Assembly: GCA_052279835.1 (NCBI GenBank)
Contig: CP181291.1
Coordinates: 2,304,001-2,368,000, forward strand
From: Microcoleus sp.
GTDB taxonomy: Bacteria > Cyanobacteriota > Cyanobacteriia > Cyanobacteriales > Microcoleaceae
Direction: 5' to 3'
DNA: 64,000 nt
A program made the position numbers and the translations under genes. This document shows, piece after piece, positions 1-7,413 of this stretch. The notes beneath the pieces are model-generated. The model did no database searches. It was not told where the DNA came from and saw nothing but the letters and a program-made list of their open reading frames with translations. Each line of letters begins with the position of its first letter. Position 1 is the first letter of the stretch.

Positions 1-222
1 CTCAAGGTAGGAGCTGTTTATGTTGGTGCTCTGTTTGGGTTTATTGCTAACGTACCGGCGGTTATTGAAATTCTGAGCCAGTTGATAGCTTTAATCAGTT
101 CAGGTGCGGGTGTTTCTGAAATAGCGGGGGCGATCGCCTCCTTAGCAGGCTCCCTGGGATTGTCTATTGATGCTGTCATCCATATCTTACAAATAATCGG
201 GGCTTTTTTGCTGGCATTTTAA
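1..222 (+). CDS. 5'-truncated hydrophobic Gly/Ala/Ile/Leu-rich protein, function unknown
   Basis: Frame 1 is open from base 1 to TAA at 220-222: LKVGAVYVGALFGFIANVPAVIEILSQLIALISSGAGVSEIAGAIASLAGSLGLSIDAVIHILQIIGAFLLAF*. Not in the ORF track because its start lies outside the window. Confidence 0.6.
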   Translation, partial: LKVGAVYVGALFGFIANVPAVIEILSQLIALISSGAGVSEIAGAIASLAGSLGLSIDAVIHILQIIGAFLLAF

Positions 223-230
223 ATATATTA

Positions 231-330
231 AAAGCGATCGCCCTTCATTAACCGAAGAGCGATCGCCCTGACTTGAATTGAAGAGCGATCGCCCCTTTTC
301 TCTCCCTTCAAATCGAATAACGATCGCTCT
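231..330. repeat. HIP1-rich spacer, left flank of the toxin-immunity pair
   Basis: GCGATCGC at 234, 259 and 285, plus ACGATCGC at 320; spacings 25/26/35 bp. Confidence 0.85.
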
Positions 331-332
331 CA

Positions 333-569
333 TCATTTTCTCACTTCTTGATATAAACCTTCAGAAGATTCTGCTATCTTGGGCAGATTGCCATCCTTAA
401 TAGCTTTCACCAAATCTTGGCGGAGTGCTTCTAAAAAACCGCAATCATTGCCGATATCTGATGCTTCATCCTCATCCAAATCTTCATCATTCAGATGTTT
501 TTGGTATGTCTCGATCCGAAACTCAATAGCTTCAATAATAAACTGTAGATCCTTAAAAGATAAAATCAT
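333..569 (-). CDS. Small acidic helical protein, Tsi2-like putative immunity protein/antitoxin
   Basis: ATG at 569 with AAGGAAG RBS. The 78-aa MILSFKDLQFIIEAIEFRIETYQKHLNDEDLDEDEASDIGNDCGFLEALRQDLVKA... resembles P. aeruginosa Tsi2 in size and residue pattern (from memory). Lies directly downstream of the Tse2-like gene. Confidence 0.6.
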   Translation of the reverse strand: MILSFKDLQFIIEAIEFRIETYQKHLNDEDLDEDEASDIGNDCGFLEALRQDLVKAIKDGNLPKIAESSEGLYQEVRK

Positions 570-650
570 GTGAACTTCCTTTTTAACTTTTCTAATTTCT
601 TCAAAATATGCTGAACCAGCCAGCTTCAAAGCTGCCCAAGCTTGAAAACG

Positions 651-983
651 TCAACTCACTTTGTTGAAAGATGCACCTATCAATCTAAGAGCCTCCTTAT
701 ATTCGTCTATCGGCATTGTGTAACTCGGTTTCCACAGCCAATGATCGTTGTGGTCATTAACTAAATTGAGTTCGCCTGGAATGTCAGTCCCCTCATCTAA
801 CTTCCACCAGTTTTTTCCGCTTCTTTGAGTGGCAAATGTCGAAATCCCACCTCCTAAAGTAGCCTCCACCCAAACTTGACCATTTTCTTCATAGGTAGCA
901 ACATCTTTGTTTGGTCGGACATTATCCATTCTAGCTGAATTAGCATTGCCCTGTCGATATAGATTGAGCGGTGTTTTTGCCAT
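651..983 (-). CDS. Tse2-family ADP-ribosyltransferase-fold toxin
   Basis: Motifs LYRxGN, RMDNVR, GGISTF, NWWKL..GT.IP.EL.L..D..DHW..P...M...EY...L; candidate R10-S48-H81 triad. Confidence 0.7.
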   Translation of the reverse strand: MAKTPLNLYRQGNANSARMDNVRPNKDVATYEENGQVWVEATLGGGISTFATQRSGKNWWKLDEGTDIPGELNLVNDHNDHWLWKPSYTMPIDEYKEALRLIGASFNKVS

Positions 984-1027
984 GCTTTGAGCGAAGATTC
1001 TCGGCTATGTATAATTTACCACAATTT

Positions 1028-1120
1028 GCGATTGCCTATCACTCTTCTCTCTAAATTCAAGAGCGATCACCCTTTCTTAACCGAGGTGCGATCGCAATTT
1101 CAATTTATCCCCTGGATCGC
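1028..1120. repeat. HIP1-rich spacer, right flank of the toxin-immunity pair
   Basis: HIP1 or near-HIP1 at 1028, 1063, 1088 and ~1113; 1062-1095 is a near-direct repeat of 233-266. Confidence 0.8.
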
Positions 1121-1221
1121 ACTTCGTCAACTTCGGCTTCTGCATCTTCCTTGGTAAAAATTACATCCTCATAAATAGCATCAATACCTGTGCGAAAATC
1201 TACGCTAGCCAAGTGAATTTC
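1105..1221 (-). pseudogene. C-terminal remnant of a Uma2-family endonuclease
   Basis: Minus strand reads EIHLASVDFRTGIDAIYEDVIF...*, a typical Uma2 C-terminus. It has no start codon and is cut at the repeat element beginning ~1230. Confidence 0.55.
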
Positions 1222-1229
1222 GCTTTATA

Positions 1230-1338
1230 TAATATCGTTTCTGGTTGGATCGGAATTATTTAACCGCAGAGAACACAGAGGACACAGAGGGAGAAAATAG
1301 AGATCTTAATAATTCAGATGAAGAGAGGATTTGATATA
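1230..1338. mobile_element. MITE-like short dispersed repeat
   Basis: Imperfect terminal IR (aatatcgtttc...ggatttgatat). The internal tttaaccgcagagaacacagaggacacagag recurs inverted at ~9558-9588. Confidence 0.5.
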
Positions 1339-1468
1339 ATAGAACGATAGAACCGCGAAGGGATAAATGCCTCTTCTTTTTTCTCTGACTTAGCGTCCGC
1401 GTGCCTCGCGGTTCATTTAATTTTACGCACTCTTAGCAGCAGATGAAAGGACTTCTGAGCCGATCGAT

Positions 1469-2293
1469 TTAAGCACTTTCTTCAATTAAATCCGCTTCCG
1501 CATCCCGCCTTCTGTTCATACCTCTGGCAATGGAAGTTCCCTCCCAAATTCGTTTCATTTGCCGGATTTGTTCCGCAATTCCGTTCACATCTTTTTTCGG
1601 TACTAAGTCCCGAATTGCGCGCATTTCCAGGCGACGATTTCCCTCCAAACTCGTGCCCCGATTAAACACCAAACTCACCAATCCCCCTTGAACATCTGCT
1701 GGTAATTCTTCAAAACCGGGAAATGTTTGTTTGGTAAAATTGTAAAATTTTGGCACTGTGACAGCATTAAAAACTTCCCAAGCTAATTCCCAAGAAATTA
1801 TGATATCTCGAACACTAGCTAAACGCTGCTGCGCTGCATCCTTTTTTAACCCGCAGCAATCACTCAAACGCTTCCGGTCAACATCCTCTAATTTATGCCA
1901 ATCTTGGTTAAAGACTTCTACACTGTTGTAACCTACATCATAACCGATGCCGATCGTAATTCCTGATTCTCCTTCGGGCCAAGTGGGGTGTTGCAAAAAT
2001 TTTTCGTAATATTCCTTTCCACCACCAATCTCGAATTCCAAAATTAGCTCGATCGCCCTGTATGATAAAAGTGACGACCCCAGCAATTCTCCAGGAAACA
2101 AAGCAGTCAGGGTTCGATCGCCCGCGATGCCATCTGCTACCAATCCTTGATTACTCTGAAATTCCTTCAGGGCTGCTTCAGTTTTTGGCCCAAATTTACC
2201 ATCGGCACGACTGGAATTTAACCCGAATTCTAACAACCGTTTTTGTAGTTTAACAACATCGGAACCTGATGCACCTAATTTGAGAATTTTCAC
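1469..2293 (-). CDS. Peptidoglycan-binding domain plus lysozyme-like (pesticin/GH24-type) muramidase
   Basis: N-terminal PG_binding_1 (LKLGASGSDVVKLQ...DGKFGPKTEAALKEFQ...GLVADGIAG); catalytic region FE...SGITIGIGYD; C-terminal GMNRRRDAEADL. Confidence 0.8.
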   Translation of the reverse strand: MKILKLGASGSDVVKLQKRLLEFGLNSSRADGKFGPKTEAALKEFQSNQGLVADGIAGDRTLTALFPGELLGSSLLSYRAIELILEFEIGGGKEYYEKFLQHPTWPEGESGITIGIGYDVGYNSVEVFNQDWHKLEDVDRKRLSDCCGLKKDAAQQRLASVRDIIISWELAWEVFNAVTVPKFYNFTKQTFPGFEELPADVQGGLVSLVFNRGTSLEGNRRLEMRAIRDLVPKKDVNGIAEQIRQMKRIWEGTSIARGMNRRRDAEADLIEESA

Positions 2294-2342
2294 AATCAGT
2301 TCCTCCTTTCTACATAGGGCTTATATTCTAATTTATCACATT

Positions 2343-2433
2343 TAGGACTTATGCAACCATCCAAGTTCTAGGGGCAACCGGGTGTGGGATTGCCCCTACA
2401 AAACGCTAGATTTAAATCTATAGCGTCAGTCTT
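2343..2433. repeat. TAGGACTTACGCA-type inverted-repeat element enclosing a GTAG/REP-like hairpin
   Basis: Ends taggacttatgca...gcgtcagtctt; inner hairpin taggggcaa...ttgcccctaca at 2369-2400. The same ends occur at 16195-16337 and 27736-27827. Confidence 0.65.
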
Positions 2434-2454
2434 GATAAACCTGGTTTTTTACAC

Positions 2455-3399
2455 TCACGCTGCGTGTTTCCGATACCATTCAATCGTATTTTTCAACCCT
2501 TCCTTAAACTCCGTCTGTGCGGTAAACCCAAAGGCTGTTTTTGCCCTTTCTGTATCCAAACAACGGCGTGGCTGACCATTCGGTTTATCTGTTTCCCAAA
2601 CAATTTTGCCTTTAAACTCCATCAATTCGCAAAGTAACTCAATCAACTCTCTAATTGGGATTTCATGATTCGTTCCCAAATTCACCGGTTCGGAGTCATT
2701 GTAATCCTGAGTTGCCATCACGATTCCCCGCGCGGCATCTGTGGAATACAAAAACTCGCGGGTAGGGCTACCGTCGCCCCACACTGGCAATGTTTTGTCT
2801 CCCCTTTCTTGGGCTTCGTGGACTTTCCGAATTAAGGCGGGGATGACGTGGGAACTTTTGGGGTCAAAGTTGTCTTCCGGGCCGTATAAGTTGACTGGTA
2901 GCAAGTAGATCCCGTTGAATCCATACTGCTGGCGATAGGATTGCAGTTGCACTAATAAGGCTTTTTTGGCAATTCCGTAAGGGGCGTTAGTTACCTCTGG
3001 ATAGCCGTTCCAGAGGTTTTCTTCTTTGAAAGGAACTGGAGTTAAGTTTGGATAAGCACAAATTGTGCCAACACAAACAAATTTTGTAACTCCGGCTTGG
3101 TAGGCTGCGTGAATTAGTTGCGCGCCCATCATCAAATTGTCGTAAAATAATTCAGCGGGTTTGAGTAGGTTTAAACCAATCCCACCAACGTGGGCTGCTA
3201 GGTGGATGATGATGTCTTGTTTGTCGGCGGCGCGTTGGCAGTTTTCCATGACGCGGAGGTCGCAATCGCGCGATCGCGTTACACTAATTTTATCAGCATC
3301 GGCTCCTGCTTTGACTAACTGGTCGATGACTTGACGGCCGAGGAAACCGGCGCCACCTGTGACTAAAATCTGTTTGTTAGTTAAATCTAAGCTGGTCAT
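2455..3399 (-). CDS. fcl: GDP-L-fucose synthase
   Basis: Motifs GGAGFLG, HLAAHVGGIG, YGIAKK, PVNLYGP, VWGDGSPTREFLY; downstream of gmd. Confidence 0.95.
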   Translation of the reverse strand: MTSLDLTNKQILVTGGAGFLGRQVIDQLVKAGADADKISVTRSRDCDLRVMENCQRAADKQDIIIHLAAHVGGIGLNLLKPAELFYDNLMMGAQLIHAAYQAGVTKFVCVGTICAYPNLTPVPFKEENLWNGYPEVTNAPYGIAKKALLVQLQSYRQQYGFNGIYLLPVNLYGPEDNFDPKSSHVIPALIRKVHEAQERGDKTLPVWGDGSPTREFLYSTDAARGIVMATQDYNDSEPVNLGTNHEIPIRELIELLCELMEFKGKIVWETDKPNGQPRRCLDTERAKTAFGFTAQTEFKEGLKNTIEWYRKHAA

Positions 3400-3514
3400 A
3401 ATTTTATCCTCTTTTTTGTATCAGGGTCGATCGACAATATCCAATATCAGCAAGATTAAACCCCCGCGCTGAAGCTTAACTACTCACAGAACAAACCAAT
3501 ATTAATCAGGTGTT

Positions 3515-3682
3515 TGTGGGTGGGGGCGGGTTTGTTTAACTGTCCTAGACGCAACCGTTATCAATAATATGGAACTTTAAGGTGCATCAGGTGAGTTTTT
3601 GAACAATTTTCAGGGGTTGTGGATAGTAGAGCACCCAATCTATTTGCACTATAAAAAAGCTGGCAAGTTTACCCGCCCCTAC
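3515..3682. repeat. REPIN-like nested palindromic repeat between gmd and fcl
   Basis: gtgggggcgggttt ... tttacccgcccctaca inverted ends. Confidence 0.5.
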
Positions 3683-3714
3683 AGCTTTTTGAAAGAGTTC
3701 AGTAAATACAAAAA

Positions 3715-4746
3715 TTAATCAAATCCGTTCCCGGAACCTCGCCCTTGCTGCTCCAGAGCTTTAATGTCAGCATCTACCATTAAGTGTACTAATTGCTCAA
3801 AAGTTACAGAGGGTTCCCAATTTAACTGAGTGCGGGCTTTTGTCGAGTCGCCAATCAACAGTTCGACTTCGGCGGGACGTAGGTAGCGCTCATCAAACTC
3901 TACATAATCTTCCCAATTTAAGTTGGTGTAGGTGAAGGCTAAATGTAGGAATTCCTTAATGGAATGGGTCTCGTTGGTCGCAATGACATAATCATCTGGT
4001 TTTTCTTGTTGCAGCATCAGCCACATTGCTCGCACATAGTCTTTAGCATAGCCCCAGTCTCGCTTGGCATCGAGATTTCCTAGGTAAAGTTTTTTCTGTT
4101 TTCCTGCTAAAATTTTGGCGAGGGCGCGAGTAATTTTGCGAGTTACAAATGTTTCGCCACGGCGGGGAGATTCGTGGTTGAATAGGATGCCGTTGCAGGC
4201 AAAAAGACCGTAGGATTCGCGATAATTTACGGTTTGCCAGTGACCGTAAACTTTGGCGCAAGCGTAGGGGCTTCTGGGATAAAAAGGTGTTGTTTCTTTT
4301 TGGGGAACTTCCTGTACTAAGCCAAACATTTCCGAAGAACCTGCTTGATAAAAGCGCACTTCTATGCCTGTACGTCGCTGATAGTCTCGAACTGCTTCTA
4401 GGAGGCGCAATACGCCCATTCCTACCGCATCAACCGTATATTCTGGGGAGTCAAAGCTAACTCGAACGTGAGATTGAGCCCCTAGGTTATAAACTTCTAC
4501 TGGCTTGACTTCTTCTAATATCCGGCGCAGAGTGGTGCCGTCGGTTAAGTCTCCGTAGTGGAGAAACAACTTGGCGTCCTCGCTGTGAGGATCGACATAA
4601 ATATGGTCAATGCGATCGGTATTGAAACTAGAACTCCGCCGGATAATGCCGTGAACTTCATAGCCTTTTTCTAGCAATAACTCACTCAAATAAGAACCGT
4701 CTTGACCTGTGATACCGGTGATTAGGGCTCGCTTCCGTTGCGTCAT
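3715..4746 (-). CDS. gmd: GDP-mannose 4,6-dehydratase
   Basis: Motifs [47 protein letters not shown]. Confidence 0.97.
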   Translation of the reverse strand: MTQRKRALITGITGQDGSYLSELLLEKGYEVHGIIRRSSSFNTDRIDHIYVDPHSEDAKLFLHYGDLTDGTTLRRILEEVKPVEVYNLGAQSHVRVSFDSPEYTVDAVGMGVLRLLEAVRDYQRRTGIEVRFYQAGSSEMFGLVQEVPQKETTPFYPRSPYACAKVYGHWQTVNYRESYGLFACNGILFNHESPRRGETFVTRKITRALAKILAGKQKKLYLGNLDAKRDWGYAKDYVRAMWLMLQQEKPDDYVIATNETHSIKEFLHLAFTYTNLNWEDYVEFDERYLRPAEVELLIGDSTKARTQLNWEPSVTFEQLVHLMVDADIKALEQQGRGSGNGFD

Positions 4747-4957
4747 CTAAATTGTTCCTTGACAGATTGTAATTTTCATGGCAGGGGTGCAGTTGCCTGC
4801 CGATCGTTTTCTCAAGCTCTAGGTTAACTCACAATTATTCGATCGGTGTCAAAGCAGAGTTGAGATTTTGCAAAGACTTAGCCCGGGCAGTCAGTAGCAA
4901 ACATCAGTAGTTAGTAGCAAATTAGTAGTAACTACTGATGCTGACTGCGGACAAAAA

Positions 4958-5689
4958 TTAGTATGCGCCGTTATTTTTAGGAAAAATCACCACGCCAATT
5001 GTTTTGAAAACGATCCACATATCCATCCAAAGGTTTTTTTCATTTGCATAATAGAGGTCGATCTGGACTCTGCGGGGATAGGGAATGTCGTTCCGGCCGG
5101 AGACTTGCCATAGGCCTGTAATTCCAGGTCTGATGGTCAGAACTTTGTTGATGTAAGTGCCGTATCTAGGCAATTCCTCTTCAACTAAGGGTCTGGGCCC
5201 AACTACGCTCATATCTCCCTTCAAAACATTCCAAAATTGGGGAAATTCATCTAAACTGGTCGCTCTGAGAAACCTTCCGATACAGGTGATTCGAGGGTCT
5301 TGTTTCAGCTTGAAATTGTCCTCAAACTCTTGACGGAGATGCGGCGATTTTTCCATGATTTCCACCAAGATGTCGTCGGCATTTTCCACCATCGTTCTGA
5401 ATTTCAGGCAATAAAACATCTTGTGATTTTTGCCTACTCGTTCCTGTACATAAAAAATTGGCCCGGAGGAGCTTAAGGCAATCGAGAGAGCCAAAAGCAG
5501 GTAAACCGGAGCAAACAGGATCAGAACCGACAAGGAAAACATGATGTCAAATAACCGTTTGAAAAATTCTCCGTCGAGGCTTTGGAGAGAGCGACTTATG
5601 CGTCTGTCTCTAGACAAGACAGGCTGAAAACCGCGTCTCGCGATCGCTCGAATTACCTTGCCGGAGATTAGTTGGCTGTCGGCAGTCAT
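4958..5689 (-). CDS. Bacterial sugar transferase (undecaprenyl-phosphate glycosylphosphotransferase, WcaJ/WbaP family)
   Basis: Motifs KRLFDI, KFRTM, DPRIT..GRFLR..SLDEFPQFWNVLKGDMSVVGPRP, RPGITGLWQVSGR. Confidence 0.93.
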   Translation of the reverse strand: MTADSQLISGKVIRAIARRGFQPVLSRDRRISRSLQSLDGEFFKRLFDIMFSLSVLILFAPVYLLLALSIALSSSGPIFYVQERVGKNHKMFYCLKFRTMVENADDILVEIMEKSPHLRQEFEDNFKLKQDPRITCIGRFLRATSLDEFPQFWNVLKGDMSVVGPRPLVEEELPRYGTYINKVLTIRPGITGLWQVSGRNDIPYPRRVQIDLYYANEKNLWMDMWIVFKTIGVVIFPKNNGAY

Positions 5690-5692
5690 CTT

Positions 5693-5716
5693 ACTCCTTC
5701 ACTTCACACCACACAC
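5693..5716 (-). promoter_or_regulatory. Putative Yfr1 sRNA target site in the sugar transferase 5' UTR
   Basis: mRNA reads GUGUGUGGUGUGAAGUGAAGGAGU just before the AUG, complementary to the Yfr1 seed ACUCCUCACAC(CACAC). Confidence 0.55.
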
Positions 5717-5786
5717 AGTCCTGATCATAAAGCCTCAAGACGCTTTGTTCTGTGAATTATGTTTCTAATCCTCAATTTTCTGGGGG

Positions 5787-5870
5787 AGTGGGTAGTGGAC
5801 AGTGGCCAGTGGGTAGTGGGTAGTGCCCGGTTGGTGCTTGTCAGTGGGCGGTTTACGGTTGTTAGTGGGC
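5787..5870. repeat. 7-mer short tandem repeats (STRR-like)
   Basis: Degenerate (AGTGGNN)n units: agtgggt agtggac agtggcc agtgggt agtgggt. Confidence 0.7.
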
Positions 5871-5940
5871 CGAAAAAAAATTCTCCCCCTGTGGGAATAT
5901 CTCCCTCTCTCCCTCTGTGCATCTGGGACTCTCTCCCCCT

Positions 5941-7128
5941 TTAACTCCCCGACTGGGTAAATTCACGGGAGTGAAATTCCTGATAGCATTGTTCCACAAA
6001 GGCTAGATAGCGCTGCCGAAAGACTTCTGGGGCAAACTCCTCGGCGTGGAGTCGCCCTATTTCTGGCTGAAATTTGCCTTGCAACTGTTCAAACTCCTCC
6101 ACCGCTGCGACTAATGCGGAGGGGGTTTGGGAAGCAAAAAATAAACCTGTCCCTGTCTCTGGATGTTGGCGAATGTCGCGCACTGTCTCCAAGGCGCCAC
6201 CGGCTGCATAGGCAATTACTGGTGTTCCACAAGCTTGGGCTTCTACCAGGGCGATGCCAAAATCTTCGCAAGCTGCGTATACAAAGGCTTTGGCTTGGGC
6301 CATGTATTTTTCCACTACTTCTGCTGGTTGCCATCCGAGTATTTGCACGTTGGGTTTGGCGAGTTGTCGCATCATTTCTAATTCAGGCCCGGTGCCGATG
6401 ACAATGAGATGATGGCCCAGTTGATTGAATGCTTGGACGATCGCGCTGATGTTTTTGTAGCTTACCAATCGGCAAACAGTGACGTAAAAGTCTTGTTTTT
6501 GGGCTATTAAGGAAAATCGTTCGATATTGACTGGTGGATAAATCACCTCGGCGCGTCGCCGATAGCACCGCCAAATCCGGCGGGCTGTATGTTGGGAATT
6601 GGCGATGAAATAATCAACGCGATTGGCGGAAATGACTTCCCACTGCCGTAGTCGGTGTAGCAAATATCGCGTCAGCACCCCTGGGATGCCTCGTCCGGCT
6701 TTGCTACTGTCCAAATAGTCAAAAGTCATGTCCCAGGCGTAACGCATGGGTGTGTGGCAGTAACAGACGTGTAGTTGGCTGGGACTGCTGAGGATGCCTT
6801 TGGCGACGGCATGGGATGATGAGAGGATGATGTCATATTGACGCAAGTCTAGTTGTTCGATCGCGATCGGTAAAAAAGGCAAATATTTTTGGACACCTTT
6901 GCGGGCGAAAGGAAAGTGCTGCAAAAATGTTGTGCCAATCTGTCGCCGGAAAAGATAGCTTTCGGGATTTTCCGATTCAAAGTCAATCAGGGCATAGACA
7001 TCGGCTTCTACGTGTTTGAGGATTTCCTCTACTACTAATTCTGAACCGCCCGTGGCTAAGGGCGTTAACCATTCGTGAACTAGGGCATATTTAAGTTTTT
7101 CTAAAGCAGATTTCACTCTTGTCTCCAC
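5941..7128 (-). CDS. Glycosyltransferase family 4
   Basis: Motifs ALVHEWL..GGSE, YCHTPMRYAWD, EDFGIALVEAQACGTPVIAY. Confidence 0.93.
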   Translation of the reverse strand: METRVKSALEKLKYALVHEWLTPLATGGSELVVEEILKHVEADVYALIDFESENPESYLFRRQIGTTFLQHFPFARKGVQKYLPFLPIAIEQLDLRQYDIILSSSHAVAKGILSSPSQLHVCYCHTPMRYAWDMTFDYLDSSKAGRGIPGVLTRYLLHRLRQWEVISANRVDYFIANSQHTARRIWRCYRRRAEVIYPPVNIERFSLIAQKQDFYVTVCRLVSYKNISAIVQAFNQLGHHLIVIGTGPELEMMRQLAKPNVQILGWQPAEVVEKYMAQAKAFVYAACEDFGIALVEAQACGTPVIAYAAGGALETVRDIRQHPETGTGLFFASQTPSALVAAVEEFEQLQGKFQPEIGRLHAEEFAPEVFRQRYLAFVEQCYQEFHSREFTQSGS

Positions 7129-7396
7129 ACCAGTAACAATTTTTAGCTTGGATTGAGACTAGCAAAAAAAAACAATCCTTCTTGTCTGTAGTCGATCGAA
7201 CTATTTGTTTGCCCCAGTTCTGTCAATATCAATTTGACTCAGGTGAATGCCCGACTTACTGAAAGTAACAGTACAAAGCTGTTTTGGGCTCATTAGAGTG
7301 GTCTCTGGAGAAGATTGTTGAGAGTAAATACCATTAGGCTCAATGATGTATAGTATTTACGATCGCCTAAATCTTCAGGACTGGCGATCGATCCCA

Positions 7397-7410
7397 TGTG
7401 GTGTGAGGTA
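7397..7410 (+). promoter_or_regulatory. Putative Yfr1 sRNA target site overlapping the porin RBS
   Basis: TGTGGTGTGAGGTA lies 3 nt before ATG 7414 and is complementary to CCUCACACCACA. Cyanobacterial porins are established Yfr1 targets. Confidence 0.6.
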
Positions 7411-7413
7411 ACA

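Noticed and set aside
1469..2293. Prophage inferred from the lysozyme gene
   Set aside because: No holin, structural, terminase or integrase genes in the window.
5725..5944. Short ORFs over STRR tracts (also 48056-48496 and 17941-18159)
   Set aside because: These are translations of tandem or palindromic repeats with no independent coding signal.
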